The position numbers and the translations under genes were made by a program. A DNA stretch of 64,000 bases from Isoptericola halotolerans. Its GTDB lineage: Bacteria; Actinomycetota; Actinomycetes; Actinomycetales; Cellulomonadaceae. The stretch covers positions 310,001 to 374,000 of the forward strand of contig NZ_JABEZU010000001.1 in assembly GCF_013149785.1 (NCBI RefSeq), read 5' to 3'. The notes beneath the pieces were generated by a model. It was not told where the DNA came from. It ran no database searches and saw only the letters and a program-made list of their open reading frames with translations. Position 1 is the first letter of the stretch, and each line of letters starts with the position of its first letter. Shown one piece after another: positions 52,754-63,324 of the stretch.

Positions 52754-55636
52754 GTGCTGCTGGTCCTGCTGCTGACGTTCGTGCTGGCCCTTGCTGCGCC
52801 GGTGCTGGTGGGCTGGTGGGGCCGCCGGGCCTTCTGGGTCCTCGCGCTCGGCCCGGCGTCGGCCGCCGCCTACGCCCTCGCGGTGACGGGGAGGGTGTCC
52901 GCGGGCGACGAGCCTGCCTCCAGCACCCCGTGGGTCCCGGGCCTGCAGCTCTCGATCGACCTGCGGCTCGATGCGCTGTCGTGGCTGATGCTGATCGTCG
53001 TCGGGGGCGTCGGAGCACTCGTCCTCGTCTACTGCTCGGCGTACTTCGCGCGGGACGCCGTCGGCACCGGCCGGTTCGCCGCGATCCTGACGGCGTTCTC
53101 CGGGGCGATGATCGGCCTGGTCACGGCGGACGACCTGCTCCTGCTGTTCGTCTTCTGGGAGCTGACCACCGTCTTCTCCTACCTGCTCATCGGGCACTAC
53201 GCCGACCGCAAGGCGTCACGCCGCGCGGCGATGCAGGCCATCGTGGTGACGACCGCGGGCGGGCTGACGATGCTCGTCGGCCTCATCCTGCTGGGGGTGA
53301 GCACGGGCACGTGGCAGGTGTCGCAGGTGGTGGCCGACCCGCCCACCGGGACGGCCGCCGTCGTCGCCTCCGTGTGCGTGCTGGCCGGGGCCGCCACCAA
53401 GGCCGCGCTCGTCCCGTTCCACTTCTGGCTGCCCGCGGCGATGGCAGCCCCCACCCCGGTGTCCGCCTACCTGCACGCCGCGGCGATGGTGAAGGCAGGC
53501 GTCTACCTCGTCGCGCGCTTCGCCCCGGCCTTCGCCGAGCTGACCGCGTGGCGCTGGCTGGTGCTGCTGCTCGGTGGCGGCACCCTGCTGCTCGGCGGCT
53601 ACCGGGCGCTGCGCCAGCACGACCTCAAGCTCGTGCTGGCCTTCGGCACGGTCTCCCAGCTCGGCCTGCTCGTCCTCCTGCTGGGCCTGGGCACCCGGGC
53701 ACTGGCGCTCGCCGGGCTGGCGCTGCTCGGCGCGCACGCGATGTTCAAGGCAGCGCTGTTCCTCCTCACCGGAGCGATCGACGTCGCCACGGGGACCCGC
53801 GACCTGCGCCGGCTCTCCGGGCTGTGGCGCACCATGCCGGTGGCCGCCCTGACCGGTGCGCTGGCCACCGCCTCCATGATCGGGGTGCCGCTGTTCGCGG
53901 GCTACGTGGCCAAGGAGGCCGCGTTGGAAGGGCTGTGGCACGACCTGTCCGACGGCGCCGAGGGACTCGAGGTGGCCGCGCTGGTCGCCGTCGTGGTCGG
54001 TTCGGTGCTGACCGTCGCCTACGGCCTGCGGTTCTGGTGGGGGGCGTTCGCCACGAAGCCCGTCGGCGTCGACGGCGTCGTCGCGCCGAGCGTCGTGGGT
54101 CGTCGGTCGTGGTTGCTCGTCCTGCCGCCGCTGGTGCTGGCCCTCCTGGGCCTGGCCGTGGCGCTGGTGCCGGCGGTGGGCGAGCGGATGCTCGGGCCGT
54201 TCGCCGCCACCTACCCCGCCGGGGAGCCGGGCCACCTGGTGCTGTGGGCCGGGCCGACGCCCGCCCTCGGGCTGTCGGTGCTGGCACTGGCCCTCGGTGC
54301 GCTGCTCTTCTGGCAGCGGCAGCGCGTCGAGGGGCTGCAGGAGCGCCTCTGGTCGCCACCTGCGGCGGACCGTGCGTACCGCCGCACCATGCGGCGGCTC
54401 GACGACGCCGCGGCGGACGTCACCGCGGTGACGCAGCGCGGTTCCCTGCCGTTCTACCTCGGGGTGATCCTCGTCGTCCTGGCGGTGGCCCCGGGCGCGG
54501 TCGTCGCCACCGGCCTGCTCGGCGGGCGCAGCGTGCAGGTGAGCGCCGTGGCCTGGGACCGCCCGGCGCAGGCCGCGGTCGTGGCCGTCGTGGTCGTCTC
54601 CGCGATCCTGGCCGCCAACGCCCGCCGCCGGCTCAAGGCCATGGTTCTCGTCGGGGTCGCCGGGTACGCCAACGCCGGGCTGTTCCTGCTGCACGGTGCG
54701 CCGGACCTGGCGCTCACGCAGGTGCTCACCGAGACGGTCACGATCGTGATCCTCGTGCTGGTGCTGCGCCGGATGCCCCCGTACTTCTCGGACCGGCCGC
54801 TGGCCGCCAGCCGGTGGATCCGGTTGAGCCTCGGGGTGGTCACGGGCGTGGTGATGATGGCGCTGACGGTCGCGGCGCCGCTGGCACGCGTGGACGTGCC
54901 GATCAGCGTGAACTTCCCCGAGGAGGCGGTCGAGTTCGGCGGCGGCAACAACATCGTCAACGTGATCCTCGTCGACATCCGGTCCTGGGACACCGTCGGG
55001 GAGATCTCGGTGCTCCTCGTCGCCGCGACCGGGGTCGCCTCGATGGTGTTCCTGCGCCAGCGCAGCGGCGAGGTGCTGCGGCTGTCGCGGGTCGACGACG
55101 AGACCCTCCACGACGACGTCCAGACCCGCAGCGTCTGGCTCGCCGCAGGCCGCACGGTGGCTCCCACGCGACGTTCGGTCATGTTCGAGGTCGTGACCCG
55201 GGTGATCTTCCACGCCATGGTCGTGTTCGCCCTGTTCCTGCTGTTCTCCGGGCACAACGCCCCCGGCGGCGGGTTCGCCGCGGGCCTGATGGTCGGCATC
55301 GCGCTGGCGGTGCGGTACCTCGCCGGCGGACGGTACGAGCTGGGCGAGGCGCTGCCGATCCAGCCGGGCCTGCTGCTCGGCACCGGCCTGTTCCTGTCGG
55401 CGGGGGTGGGCCTGGCCGCGCTGCTGACCGGCAACGAGGTGCTGCAGAGCGTCATCGTCGACCTGCACCTGCCGGTGCTGGGGGACGTCCACCTGGTGAC
55501 GTCGTTGTTCTTCGACATCGGGGTGATGCTGCTGGTGGTGGGGCTGGTGCTGGACCTCCTGCGCACGCTCGGCGCCGAGATCGACCGTCAGGGTGACCCG
55601 GGCGTGCGGATGCCGCTGGTGGTGAGGGCGCCGTGA
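52754..55636 (+). CDS. mrpA: Mrp Na+/H+ antiporter subunit A (A-B fusion)
   Basis: FWELTT, PFHFWLPAAMAAPTPVSAYLHAAAMVKAG, APDLALTQ, GHNAPGGGF. Confidence 0.95.
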   Translation: MLLVLLLTFVLALAAPVLVGWWGRRAFWVLALGPASAAAYALAVTGRVSAGDEPASSTPWVPGLQLSIDLRLDALSWLMLIVVGGVGALVLVYCSAYFARDAVGTGRFAAILTAFSGAMIGLVTADDLLLLFVFWELTTVFSYLLIGHYADRKASRRAAMQAIVVTTAGGLTMLVGLILLGVSTGTWQVSQVVADPPTGTAAVVASVCVLAGAATKAALVPFHFWLPAAMAAPTPVSAYLHAAAMVKAGVYLVARFAPAFAELTAWRWLVLLLGGGTLLLGGYRALRQHDLKLVLAFGTVSQLGLLVLLLGLGTRALALAGLALLGAHAMFKAALFLLTGAIDVATGTRDLRRLSGLWRTMPVAALTGALATASMIGVPLFAGYVAKEAALEGLWHDLSDGAEGLEVAALVAVVVGSVLTVAYGLRFWWGAFATKPVGVDGVVAPSVVGRRSWLLVLPPLVLALLGLAVALVPAVGERMLGPFAATYPAGEPGHLVLWAGPTPALGLSVLALALGALLFWQRQRVEGLQERLWSPPAADRAYRRTMRRLDDAAADVTAVTQRGSLPFYLGVILVVLAVAPGAVVATGLLGGRSVQVSAVAWDRPAQAAVVAVVVVSAILAANARRRLKAMVLVGVAGYANAGLFLLHGAPDLALTQVLTETVTIVILVLVLRRMPPYFSDRPLAASRWIRLSLGVVTGVVMMALTVAAPLARVDVPISVNFPEEAVEFGGGNNIVNVILVDIRSWDTVGEISVLLVAATGVASMVFLRQRSGEVLRLSRVDDETLHDDVQTRSVWLAAGRTVAPTRRSVMFEVVTRVIFHAMVVFALFLLFSGHNAPGGGFAAGLMVGIALAVRYLAGGRYELGEALPIQPGLLLGTGLFLSAGVGLAALLTGNEVLQSVIVDLHLPVLGDVHLVTSLFFDIGVMLLVVGLVLDLLRTLGAEIDRQGDPGVRMPLVVRAP

Positions 55637-56154
55637 TCGTCCTGGAGAACACCCCGTCGGCGGTGCTGGTGCTCGCCGTCGGCGTGCTGTGCGGCACCGG
55701 TGTGTACCTGCTGCTCGAACGCCCCCTGACACGGGTGCTGCTCGGGTTCATCCTGCTGAGCAACGGCGTGAACCTCATGCTGCTCGTGGCCGGGGGCCGT
55801 GCGGGGGCGTCACCGGTGGTGGGCAACGCCCCGCCCGGGGAGCGGATGAGCGACCCTCTGGCCCAGGCGATGATCCTCACCGCGATCGTCATCACGCTCG
55901 CGCTGACCGCCTTCGTGCTGGCGCTGGCGTACCGCTCGTGGCAGCTGCACGGGCACGACGAGGTCGCCGACGACGTCGAGGACCGGCGCGTCGCCCGGCA
56001 GGCGGCGCTCAACGCGCCGGCGTACGAGGACGCCGACGCCGCCGAGACGGGCGAGTCCCTCGACGAGGAGGCCGCCGAGGTCTACGACGAGGTCGCCGAC
56101 GACGGCGGGCGCGACGACCGCCCGCGCCCCGGCGGGCAGGGTGGCGAGCCATGA
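55633..56154 (+). CDS. mrpC: Mrp subunit C
   Basis: SNGVNL, DPLAQAMILTAIVI. Confidence 0.94.
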   Translation: MIVLENTPSAVLVLAVGVLCGTGVYLLLERPLTRVLLGFILLSNGVNLMLLVAGGRAGASPVVGNAPPGERMSDPLAQAMILTAIVITLALTAFVLALAYRSWQLHGHDEVADDVEDRRVARQAALNAPAYEDADAAETGESLDEEAAEVYDEVADDGGRDDRPRPGGQGGEP

Positions 56155-57755
56155 TCGACCTCGACGCGCTGTGGTCCGCGCAGACGCTCGTCCCGCTGCC
56201 GGTGCTGCTGCCGCTGTTCGCGGCCGGGCTGACGCTCGCCCTGCACCGGTTCGCGAACGTGCAGAGGACCATCAGCGTCGCGGCGCTGGCGACCACGACC
56301 GTGGCGTCCGGGGCGCTCATGGTGGCCGCCGACTCCGGCCCGGTCGTGGTCGACGTGGGCGGCTGGGCAGCACCCGTGGGTATCGCGCTGGTCGCCGACC
56401 GGCTCGCCGCGCTCATGGTCACCGTGAGCTGCGTGATGCTGCTCTGCGTGCTCCTGTACTCCCTCGGCCAGGGCATCGCCGAGGGCGAGGAGCCGTCGGA
56501 CGGGATGGTCGCCGGGGCGATCCCGGTGGCGATCTTCCACCCGACGTACCTGGTGCTCGCCGCCGGGGTGGCCAACGCCTTCCTGTCGGGCGACCTGTTC
56601 AACCTCTACGTGGGCTTCGAGATCCTGCTCGCGGCGTCCTCGGTGCTCCTGACCCTCGGCGGGACGGCCGAGAGGGTCCGCGCGGGCTCGGTCTACATCG
56701 TGGTGGCGCTGCTGTCCTCGGTGCTGTTCCTGTCGGCGATCGCGCTGGTCTACGCCGCGACGGGCACGGTGAACATGGCCCAGCTCGCCGAGCGGCTGCC
56801 GGAGGTCGACCCGACCGTGCGCCTCGCGCTGCAGCTCCTGCTGCTGCTTGCCTTCGGGATCAAGGCCGCGATCTTCCCGCTGTCGGCCTGGCTGCCGGAC
56901 TCCTACCCGACCGCCCCGGCGCCGGTGACCGCGGTGTTCGCCGGCCTGCTCACCAAGGTCGGCGTGTACTCGATCCTGCGGACCCAGACGCTGCTGTTCC
57001 CCGACGACGCCGTCGTCGACCGGGTGCTGATGGTGCTCGCCCTGGCCACGATGGTGGTCGGCATCCTGGGAGCCGTCGCACAGAACGACGTCAAGCGGCT
57101 GCTGTCCTTCACCCTGGTGAGTCACATCGGCTTCATGCTCTTCGGTGTCGCGCTGGCCTCGGAGGCGGGGACGGCGGCCGCGATCTTCTACGTGGTGCAC
57201 CACATCTCCGTCCAGACGGCCCTGTTCCTCGTGGTCGGGCTGGTGGAGTGGCGAGGAGGGTCGACGTCGCTGGACCGGCTCGGCGGCCTGGCCCGCCTGG
57301 CACCGGCCCTGGCCGTGCTGTTCTTCGTCCCTGCGCTGAACCTGGCCGGCATCCCGCCGCTGTCCGGGTTCCTGGGCAAGGTCGGCCTGCTCACCGCCGG
57401 GGTGGAGGACGGGTCCGGCCTGGCCTGGGTGCTGGTCGTGGGGTCGGTCGTCACGTCGCTGCTGACCCTCTACGCCGTCGTGAAGGCGTGGAACAAGGCG
57501 TTCTGGCAGGCGGCACCGCCCGAGATCGTCGCGGACGTGCCGCTGCCCAAGGGGCTGGTCTGGCCGGCGGGCACCCTCGTCGCCCTCGGCGTGGCGCTCA
57601 CCGTGGTCGCGGGGCCGCTGTACGGGTACGCCGAGCGGGCCGCACGGACGTCGATGGACGGGTTCACCTACGTGAACGCCGTCTTCCCGGACGGCGCGGA
57701 CCGGGGGACGGGCGAGTCCGTCGACGTCTCCGCCGACACCGAGGAGCTGCCATGA
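56151..57755 (+). CDS. mrpD: Mrp subunit D
   Basis: GDLFNLYVGFEI, WLPDSYP, LLTKVGVY, GIPPLSGFLGK. Confidence 0.95.
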   Translation: MIDLDALWSAQTLVPLPVLLPLFAAGLTLALHRFANVQRTISVAALATTTVASGALMVAADSGPVVVDVGGWAAPVGIALVADRLAALMVTVSCVMLLCVLLYSLGQGIAEGEEPSDGMVAGAIPVAIFHPTYLVLAAGVANAFLSGDLFNLYVGFEILLAASSVLLTLGGTAERVRAGSVYIVVALLSSVLFLSAIALVYAATGTVNMAQLAERLPEVDPTVRLALQLLLLLAFGIKAAIFPLSAWLPDSYPTAPAPVTAVFAGLLTKVGVYSILRTQTLLFPDDAVVDRVLMVLALATMVVGILGAVAQNDVKRLLSFTLVSHIGFMLFGVALASEAGTAAAIFYVVHHISVQTALFLVVGLVEWRGGSTSLDRLGGLARLAPALAVLFFVPALNLAGIPPLSGFLGKVGLLTAGVEDGSGLAWVLVVGSVVTSLLTLYAVVKAWNKAFWQAAPPEIVADVPLPKGLVWPAGTLVALGVALTVVAGPLYGYAERAARTSMDGFTYVNAVFPDGADRGTGESVDVSADTEELP

Positions 57756-58366
57756 GCGACCAGTCGTTGCGGGAGCTCGTGCGAAGTGGTCTGCGCCGGG
57801 CGCTGGTGCAGTGGCCCGCCGTGGTGCTGCTCACCGGGGTGTGGGTGCTGCTGTGGGGAGACGTGTCCTGGGCGAACCTGGTCGGCGGTGCGGCGCTCGC
57901 CGTCGTCGTCGTGACCCTGTTCCCCCTGCCGCCGGTGCGCACGGAGGCGACGTTCCGACCGGTCGCGGTCGGCCGCCTCGTGGTGTCCTTCGCCGCGGAC
58001 CTGTTCGTCGCGTCGTTCCAGGTGGCCTGGCTCGCCCTGCGGCCGGGGCCCGTGCCCCAGGGGGCGGTGGTGCAGGTTCGGCTGCACAACCCCGACGACG
58101 TCTTCCTGACGGTGACAGCGGTGCTCGCCACCCTCGTCCCGGGTTCGCTCGTGGTGGAGACCAGCCGGCGCCGGGGCACGCTGTTCCTGCACGTGCTCGA
58201 CGTCGAGGGGTCGGGCGGGGTGGAGGGCGTGCGTCGCCACGTCCAGCAGCTGGAGGAGCGGGTGCTGCGGGCGTTCGCCGCGGCCGCTGTCCTGGAGCGG
58301 ACCGGCGTCGCGGTCCGGCCGACCGGGCGGCCGGACCCGCGCGCCGGGAAGGGGGCCGGAGCATGA
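57752..58366 (+). CDS. mrpE: Mrp subunit E
   Basis: VWVLLWG, TLVPGS, LFLHVLD. Confidence 0.92.
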   Translation: MSDQSLRELVRSGLRRALVQWPAVVLLTGVWVLLWGDVSWANLVGGAALAVVVVTLFPLPPVRTEATFRPVAVGRLVVSFAADLFVASFQVAWLALRPGPVPQGAVVQVRLHNPDDVFLTVTAVLATLVPGSLVVETSRRRGTLFLHVLDVEGSGGVEGVRRHVQQLEERVLRAFAAAAVLERTGVAVRPTGRPDPRAGKGAGA

Positions 58367-58701
58367 CGGTCGTGGTGGTCGTGGCGGCCGTGCTCGTGGC
58401 GGTGGCCGCCCTGCTGGCGCTGGTGCGCATCGAGCGTGGCCCGTCGATGCTCGACCGTGCGCTGGGCCTCGACCTGCTCACCGCGGGCCTCGTGGGAGCG
58501 ATCGCGATCGAGGCGGCCTGGTCGCGTCGCACGGAGACGGTACCGATCCTGGTCGCGATGTCGTTGGTGGGCTTCGTCGGGTCGGTGGTGCTGTCCCGCT
58601 TCGCGGCCCGCGAGCCCGGCAGCGAGCCCGGCAGCGACGCCCACGCCTCGGGTGAGGTCCCGCCGGAGGACCGGATCGACGGTCAGGGGGGACGGCAGTG
58701 A
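58363..58701 (+). CDS. mrpF: Mrp subunit F
   Basis: GPSMLDRALGLD, GFVGSV. Confidence 0.92.
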   Translation: MTVVVVVAAVLVAVAALLALVRIERGPSMLDRALGLDLLTAGLVGAIAIEAAWSRRTETVPILVAMSLVGFVGSVVLSRFAAREPGSEPGSDAHASGEVPPEDRIDGQGGRQ

Positions 58702-59099
58702 CCGAGGTCGACGCCGGGCTCTGGACGACGGTGGCGGACGTCGCCGCGGCCCTCTGCCTGCTCGCCGGTGCGTTCCTGACGTTCGCGGCCGGCGTCGGCG
58801 TGGTCCGGTTCCCCTCGCTGCTCGCCCGCATGCACGTGGTGACCAAGCCGCAGGTGCTGGGGCTGGTGCTGCTGCTCCTCGCGCTCGGTCTGCGCGTGCG
58901 GAGCTGGTCGGCGGTCGCCCTGCTGCTGCTGGTCGTCGTCTTCCAGCTCGCCACCGCCCCGGTGGCGGCACACCTGGTGAGCCGGGCCGGCTTCCGGACC
59001 GGCAAGGTGGACGAGACCGGGCTGCACCCCAACGAGATGGGGGAGGTCCCGGACGACGACCCGCCCGCCTCCGCGACGTCCGGACCTCGCGCTCCCTGA
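58698..59099 (+). CDS. mrpG: Mrp subunit G
   Basis: GVVRFP..RMH..TKPQ.LG, TAPVAAH. Confidence 0.92.
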   Translation: MTEVDAGLWTTVADVAAALCLLAGAFLTFAAGVGVVRFPSLLARMHVVTKPQVLGLVLLLLALGLRVRSWSAVALLLLVVVFQLATAPVAAHLVSRAGFRTGKVDETGLHPNEMGEVPDDDPPASATSGPRAP

Positions 59100-59107
59100 C
59101 CGGCCGG

Positions 59108-59623
59108 TCAGACGGCCGCGCGCTCCCGGGCGAGCAGGGACTCCTTGATCGGCAGCCCGTAGCGGAAGCCGCCGAGGGTCCCGTCGCTGCGCAGCACCCG
59201 GTGGCACGGCACGAACAGGGCTGCGGCGTTGCGGGCGCAGGCCCCGGCCGCCGCCCGCACCGCGGCGGGGCGTCCCGTGCGGTGGGCGTACTCCGTGTAG
59301 GTGACCGGGTCGCCTGCCGGGACGTCGCGCAGCACCTGCCAGGCGTGCTCCCGGTACGGCCCGGAGCGCTGGCGCACGGGTACCCGCCCGACGGCGTCGA
59401 CCTCGCCCGCGTAGTAGGCGAGCACGGCGTCCGCGGGGACGGCCACACCGGCGTCCGACGCGGGGACGGTCGGCACGTCGGCCCGGGCGGGGCGCAGGTC
59501 CGGGTGGATCAGGGTCAGGAGCGCGTCGACGTCGTCCGTCCAGCCGGAGGCGAGGACGACGCCGTCGTCGGCGAGGAGCGTGAACGGGCCGTCGGGCGTC
59601 TCGAGGGTGGTCGTGGAGGTCAT
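59108..59623 (-). CDS. ogt: Methylated-DNA--protein-cysteine methyltransferase
   Basis: RAAAGACARN, VPCHRV active site, LGGF. Confidence 0.94.
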   Translation of the reverse strand: MTSTTTLETPDGPFTLLADDGVVLASGWTDDVDALLTLIHPDLRPARADVPTVPASDAGVAVPADAVLAYYAGEVDAVGRVPVRQRSGPYREHAWQVLRDVPAGDPVTYTEYAHRTGRPAAVRAAAGACARNAAALFVPCHRVLRSDGTLGGFRYGLPIKESLLARERAAV

Positions 59624-61134
59624 GCGGAGGTCCTTCCGGTGAGGGCGGCACGCCAGACGTGCCGGGCGGCGTAGGAGCGCCAGGGCGCCCAGGTGGCGGC
59701 GCGCTCGGCCAGGGCGCGGGGGGTGTCGGGCAGGCCGAGCGTCCGGGCGCCGGCGCGCAGCGCGACGTCGCCGGTCAGCCAGGTGTCCGGGTGGCCCAGC
59801 ACCCGCAGCGCGACGTACCCGGAGGTCCACGGGCCGATCCCGGGGCGGGCCTCGAGGTCGGCGCGCAGCGTGGCGACGTCGGCACCCACCCCGACGGCGA
59901 GCGCGCCGTCGGCGAGCGCCCGGGCGGTCGCCGTCACGGTCCCGCGCTGCCGGGCGGGCAGCGCGAGGTGGGCGCCGTCGTCGTCGGCGACCTGCTCCGG
60001 GGTGGGGAACAGGCGGGTGAGCCCGGGCAGGCGGGAGACGTAGGGGGTGCCGGTCGCGGTGGCCAGCCGACCGAGGTGCGTGCGTGCGGCGGGCACCGAG
60101 ATCTGCTGGCCCACGATCGCGCGGACCACGAGCTCGTGCGCATCCGTGGTGCCGGGGACCCGGGTACCGGGTGTGGCGGTGACGCTCGCGGCCAGCACCG
60201 GGTCCGCCCCCAGCGCGGTGTCGACGGCGACGGGGTCGGCGTCGAGGTCCAGCAGGCGGCGCACGCGGGCGACGGCGGTGGCGACGTCCTGCAGGGACGT
60301 GAGCTCCAGGTGGAGGGCGACGGCGCCGGGGCCGACGGCGGCACCTGCCCGCACCTGCACGGCGCCCGGGCCGTGGGGGAGCCGCAGGGTGCGCGCGTAC
60401 GTCGCGTCCGCGCCGTCGATCGTCGCGGACTCGACGCCGTCGACGGCTCGGGCTGCCAGGTAGGCGATCGTGCCGACGGCGTCGAACGGCTCACGGACCG
60501 GCAGGTCGAGGTCCAGGCGGACCGGCGCGGCGTCGTCGCGCCGGGGGTCGTGAGCGGCGGGCGTCCCGGCCGGGCGCCGGGCGCGCAGCGCCGTCGGCGT
60601 GGTCGCGAAGATCTCGCGCACGGTGTCGTTGAGCTGGCGGATGCTGCCGAAGCCCGCGGCGAACGCGACGTCGGCCACGGGCAGGTCCGTGCTGGTCAGC
60701 AGCGTCCGCGCGGTCTGTGCACGGTGGGCGCGGGCGAGCGTCAGGGGCCCGGCGCCGAGATCGGCGCGCAGGACGCGGTGCAGGTGACGAGGGCTGTAGC
60801 CCAGGCGGCCCGCCAGGCCCTCGACGCCCTCCCGGTCGACCACGCCGTCGGCCACGAGCCGCATGGCGCGGCCCGTCAGGTCGCCGCGCAGGTCCCAGGC
60901 GGGGGTGCCGGGCGTGGCCTCGGGCAGGCACCGCTTGCAGGCGCGGTACCCGGCGTCGTGGGCGGCGGCGCTGGTGAGGTAGAAGGTGACGTTCTCGCGG
61001 CGGGGGGTGCGGGCCGGGCACGACGGCCGGCAGTAGATGCCGGTCGTGCGCACGGCGGTGACGAACTGCCCGTCGAACCGGGCGTCGCGCGCGGCGATCG
61101 CCCGGTACCGCTCGGTGAAGACGTCGGGGGTCAT
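59620..61134 (-). CDS. alkA: Ada-AlkA fusion (Ada Zn domain, AraC HTH, DNA-3-methyladenine glycosylase II)
   Basis: TTGIYCRPSC, YRACKRC, GFGSIRQ, IVGQQIS, PGIGPWT, PWRSYA. Confidence 0.94.
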   Translation of the reverse strand: MTPDVFTERYRAIAARDARFDGQFVTAVRTTGIYCRPSCPARTPRRENVTFYLTSAAAHDAGYRACKRCLPEATPGTPAWDLRGDLTGRAMRLVADGVVDREGVEGLAGRLGYSPRHLHRVLRADLGAGPLTLARAHRAQTARTLLTSTDLPVADVAFAAGFGSIRQLNDTVREIFATTPTALRARRPAGTPAAHDPRRDDAAPVRLDLDLPVREPFDAVGTIAYLAARAVDGVESATIDGADATYARTLRLPHGPGAVQVRAGAAVGPGAVALHLELTSLQDVATAVARVRRLLDLDADPVAVDTALGADPVLAASVTATPGTRVPGTTDAHELVVRAIVGQQISVPAARTHLGRLATATGTPYVSRLPGLTRLFPTPEQVADDDGAHLALPARQRGTVTATARALADGALAVGVGADVATLRADLEARPGIGPWTSGYVALRVLGHPDTWLTGDVALRAGARTLGLPDTPRALAERAATWAPWRSYAARHVWRAALTGRTSA

Positions 61135-61198
61135 GCCCCCATCGTCGCGCGGCGGACGGGGCGACGGCTAGCGGGAATCGGACACGGCGGTGGGCCGG

Positions 61199-62170
61199 TC
61201 AGACGCTCGCGCCCAGCCAGCCGACGACGGCACGCAGGTACTCCTCGCGGGCTTCCGGCGGCGACAGCGCCAGGTCGTGGGCCCCGCCGCGGATGGTCAT
61301 GAGGCTGACGTCGTCGCCGAGCGCCGGCGCGACCGCGCGGATGTGCTCGACGGCCAGGACGGTGTCGGTGGTGAGGTGCTCGTCGGTCCCCGAGCGGTCG
61401 GAGGTGAGCACGAGCACCGGGACGTCGAGGTCGAGGCCGCGGGCGAGACGTCGTTGCGAGCGCAGCACCGAGCGCATCCAGCCCGCCCGGACGGGGAACG
61501 GCTCGTGCCACTTCCACGCCGGGTCGAAGTCCCACTCGCCGCCGTGGTCGGAGTGCATCGCGAGGGCGTAGTCGGGCTCGAGGTGGCTGACCACCGCGCG
61601 GGGGGCGACCAGGCCCAGGCCTGCGACGAGGACCGTGGCCGCCCACCGCTGGGGAGCGGGTCGGTTCAGGACGAACCAGGGGCTGTTGAGCACGACGGCG
61701 TCGGCCCGTCCGGGGCGCGCGGCGGCCCACAACGGGGCGACGAGTCCTCCCGTGGAGTGGCCGAGCACCACGAGTCGTTCGTGGCCCGCGGCCCGGATCC
61801 GCGCCGCCGCGGCGTCGAGGTCCTGGGCGTAGACCGCGATGTCACGCACCTGGTTGGGGTCGTGCCCGGCGGCCACGTGGGCGTCCCAGGACCGTCCGTG
61901 CCCGCGCAGGTCGACGGCGTAGAACGCGTGGCCGGCGGCCGCGAGGGCCTGCGCCGCGTGCGGGTGGAAGAAGTAGTCGACGAACCCGTGCACCGCGAGC
62001 ACCGCGACCCGGGCCGGCGCACCGTCGGGGGCGACGGACGGCGCGTACCGCACGAGCGTGGCCTCGGCGTCGTCGGGCAGCGGCAGGGTGCGGGCCTCGA
62101 AGTCCTCGCCCAGCACGTCGGGCCGCCAGGCCGAGGTGCGGAGGTCCTGGGGGTCGGGTGCGGTGCTCAT
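61199..62170 (-). CDS. Alpha/beta hydrolase (lysophospholipase-like)
   Basis: VHGFVDYF, DLRGHGRS, GHSTGG, LNSPW, HDLALS. Confidence 0.9.
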   Translation of the reverse strand: MSTAPDPQDLRTSAWRPDVLGEDFEARTLPLPDDAEATLVRYAPSVAPDGAPARVAVLAVHGFVDYFFHPHAAQALAAAGHAFYAVDLRGHGRSWDAHVAAGHDPNQVRDIAVYAQDLDAAAARIRAAGHERLVVLGHSTGGLVAPLWAAARPGRADAVVLNSPWFVLNRPAPQRWAATVLVAGLGLVAPRAVVSHLEPDYALAMHSDHGGEWDFDPAWKWHEPFPVRAGWMRSVLRSQRRLARGLDLDVPVLVLTSDRSGTDEHLTTDTVLAVEHIRAVAPALGDDVSLMTIRGGAHDLALSPPEAREEYLRAVVGWLGASV

Positions 62171-62199
62171 CGCATCGAGCCTACTCAGCCCGAGCCTGC

Positions 62200-63198
62200 T
62201 CAGCGCGGCGCGTCCGGTCCCTGCTCGGGGCTCGTTCCGGGGCCGGGGCCGGGGCCGGGGTCCGTCGGTTCCGCGGACGGGGAGGTCGGGTCCGTCGGGG
62301 GCGTGCCCTGCTCCGGAGACGTCCCCGGGGCCACGGGCGGCTGCTGGACGCCGAGCGGCGGGCCGGGCTGCGGCGGTGTCCCTCCGGGGGTGTACGGGTC
62401 CGGGACGGGCGTGGCGCCCGGGGTGGCGCCTGCCGTCGCGGTGCCCGGCGCCGCGGTGCCCGCCGTCGCGGTGCCCGGCGCCGCGGTGCCGTCCGCCGTC
62501 GGCGAGGTGCGCCGGTTGCTGCGGACGACGAGCACCGCGACCAGGGCGAGCACGGCGATGCCCAGCACCGCGCCGATGATCCACCAGGGGAACCCGCCGG
62601 AGCCGAGCCCGCCGCTGGCCTCGCCGCGGGCGAAGATCTCCGTGCTCTCGCCCATCGCGGGGCGCCACTCGACGGTGCTGCCGTCCACGGTGCCGTTGGT
62701 CTCGATGACCTCCCCGGGGAAGGTGACGGCCACCCGGACGTCGAAGCTGTCGGCGACCCCCGGGGGCAGCCCGCTCATCTGGCCGGTGTCGTCGGACATG
62801 TCCATCGTGCCCTGCACCACGAACTCGTCGCCGTCGCGGGTGACCGACAGCTCGTCGGTCCCGGTGCCGGCGAGCTCCTCGAGGGGCATGTCGGTGAAGG
62901 TCACGGTCGTGCCCGTGTACTCGCCGTCGGCGTAGGCCTCCTGCGAGCTGCCGTCCGGGAGGTCGCCGGCGATGTCGTCGCCCGCCTGGTCCCACAGGGC
63001 CTGCGGGTCCATCCCCATCGTCTCGGCCAGCTGGTCGGAGAACGCGACGGTCATCGACCCGGAGACGGTGTCGTCCGAGGAGAGGGTGAGGTCCATGTCG
63101 ACCTTCATGCACCCGGCGAGGGCGAGCAGCCCCACGGCGGCGAGCACGGCGACGGCGGCGGTGCGGAGGCGGCGCGGGCCGCGGGTGGGTGTCTGCAC
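62200..63198 (-). CDS. LppM-like lipoprotein with C-terminal TM and Pro-rich tail
   Basis: LAGC lipobox, VTFPGEVIETNG, TM WWIIGAVLG...; start approximate. Confidence 0.78.
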   Translation of the reverse strand: MQTPTRGPRRLRTAAVAVLAAVGLLALAGCMKVDMDLTLSSDDTVSGSMTVAFSDQLAETMGMDPQALWDQAGDDIAGDLPDGSSQEAYADGEYTGTTVTFTDMPLEELAGTGTDELSVTRDGDEFVVQGTMDMSDDTGQMSGLPPGVADSFDVRVAVTFPGEVIETNGTVDGSTVEWRPAMGESTEIFARGEASGGLGSGGFPWWIIGAVLGIAVLALVAVLVVRSNRRTSPTADGTAAPGTATAGTAAPGTATAGATPGATPVPDPYTPGGTPPQPGPPLGVQQPPVAPGTSPEQGTPPTDPTSPSAEPTDPGPGPGPGTSPEQGPDAPR

Positions 63199-63253
63199 GT
63201 CCTCAGCATCCCCCAGGTCGGCACGCGGGGCACCCGCTGGGCGGCGCGACAGG

Positions 63254-63274
63254 GTTGAGTGGAATAGACTCAAC
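63254..63274. promoter_or_regulatory. HAIR operator (HspR)
   Basis: GTTGAGT-N7-ACTCAAC versus consensus CTTGAGT-N7-ACTCAAG, 50 bp upstream of clpB. Confidence 0.92.
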
Positions 63275-63324
63275 TTTGCGGAGGTTTATCCGAACAGACC
63301 ACCCCGAGCGGACCCGGAGGATCC

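Noticed and set aside
62420..62500. 30-bp tandem repeat
   Set aside because: Encodes the GTAAPGTATA linker in the lipoprotein tail; ordinary low complexity
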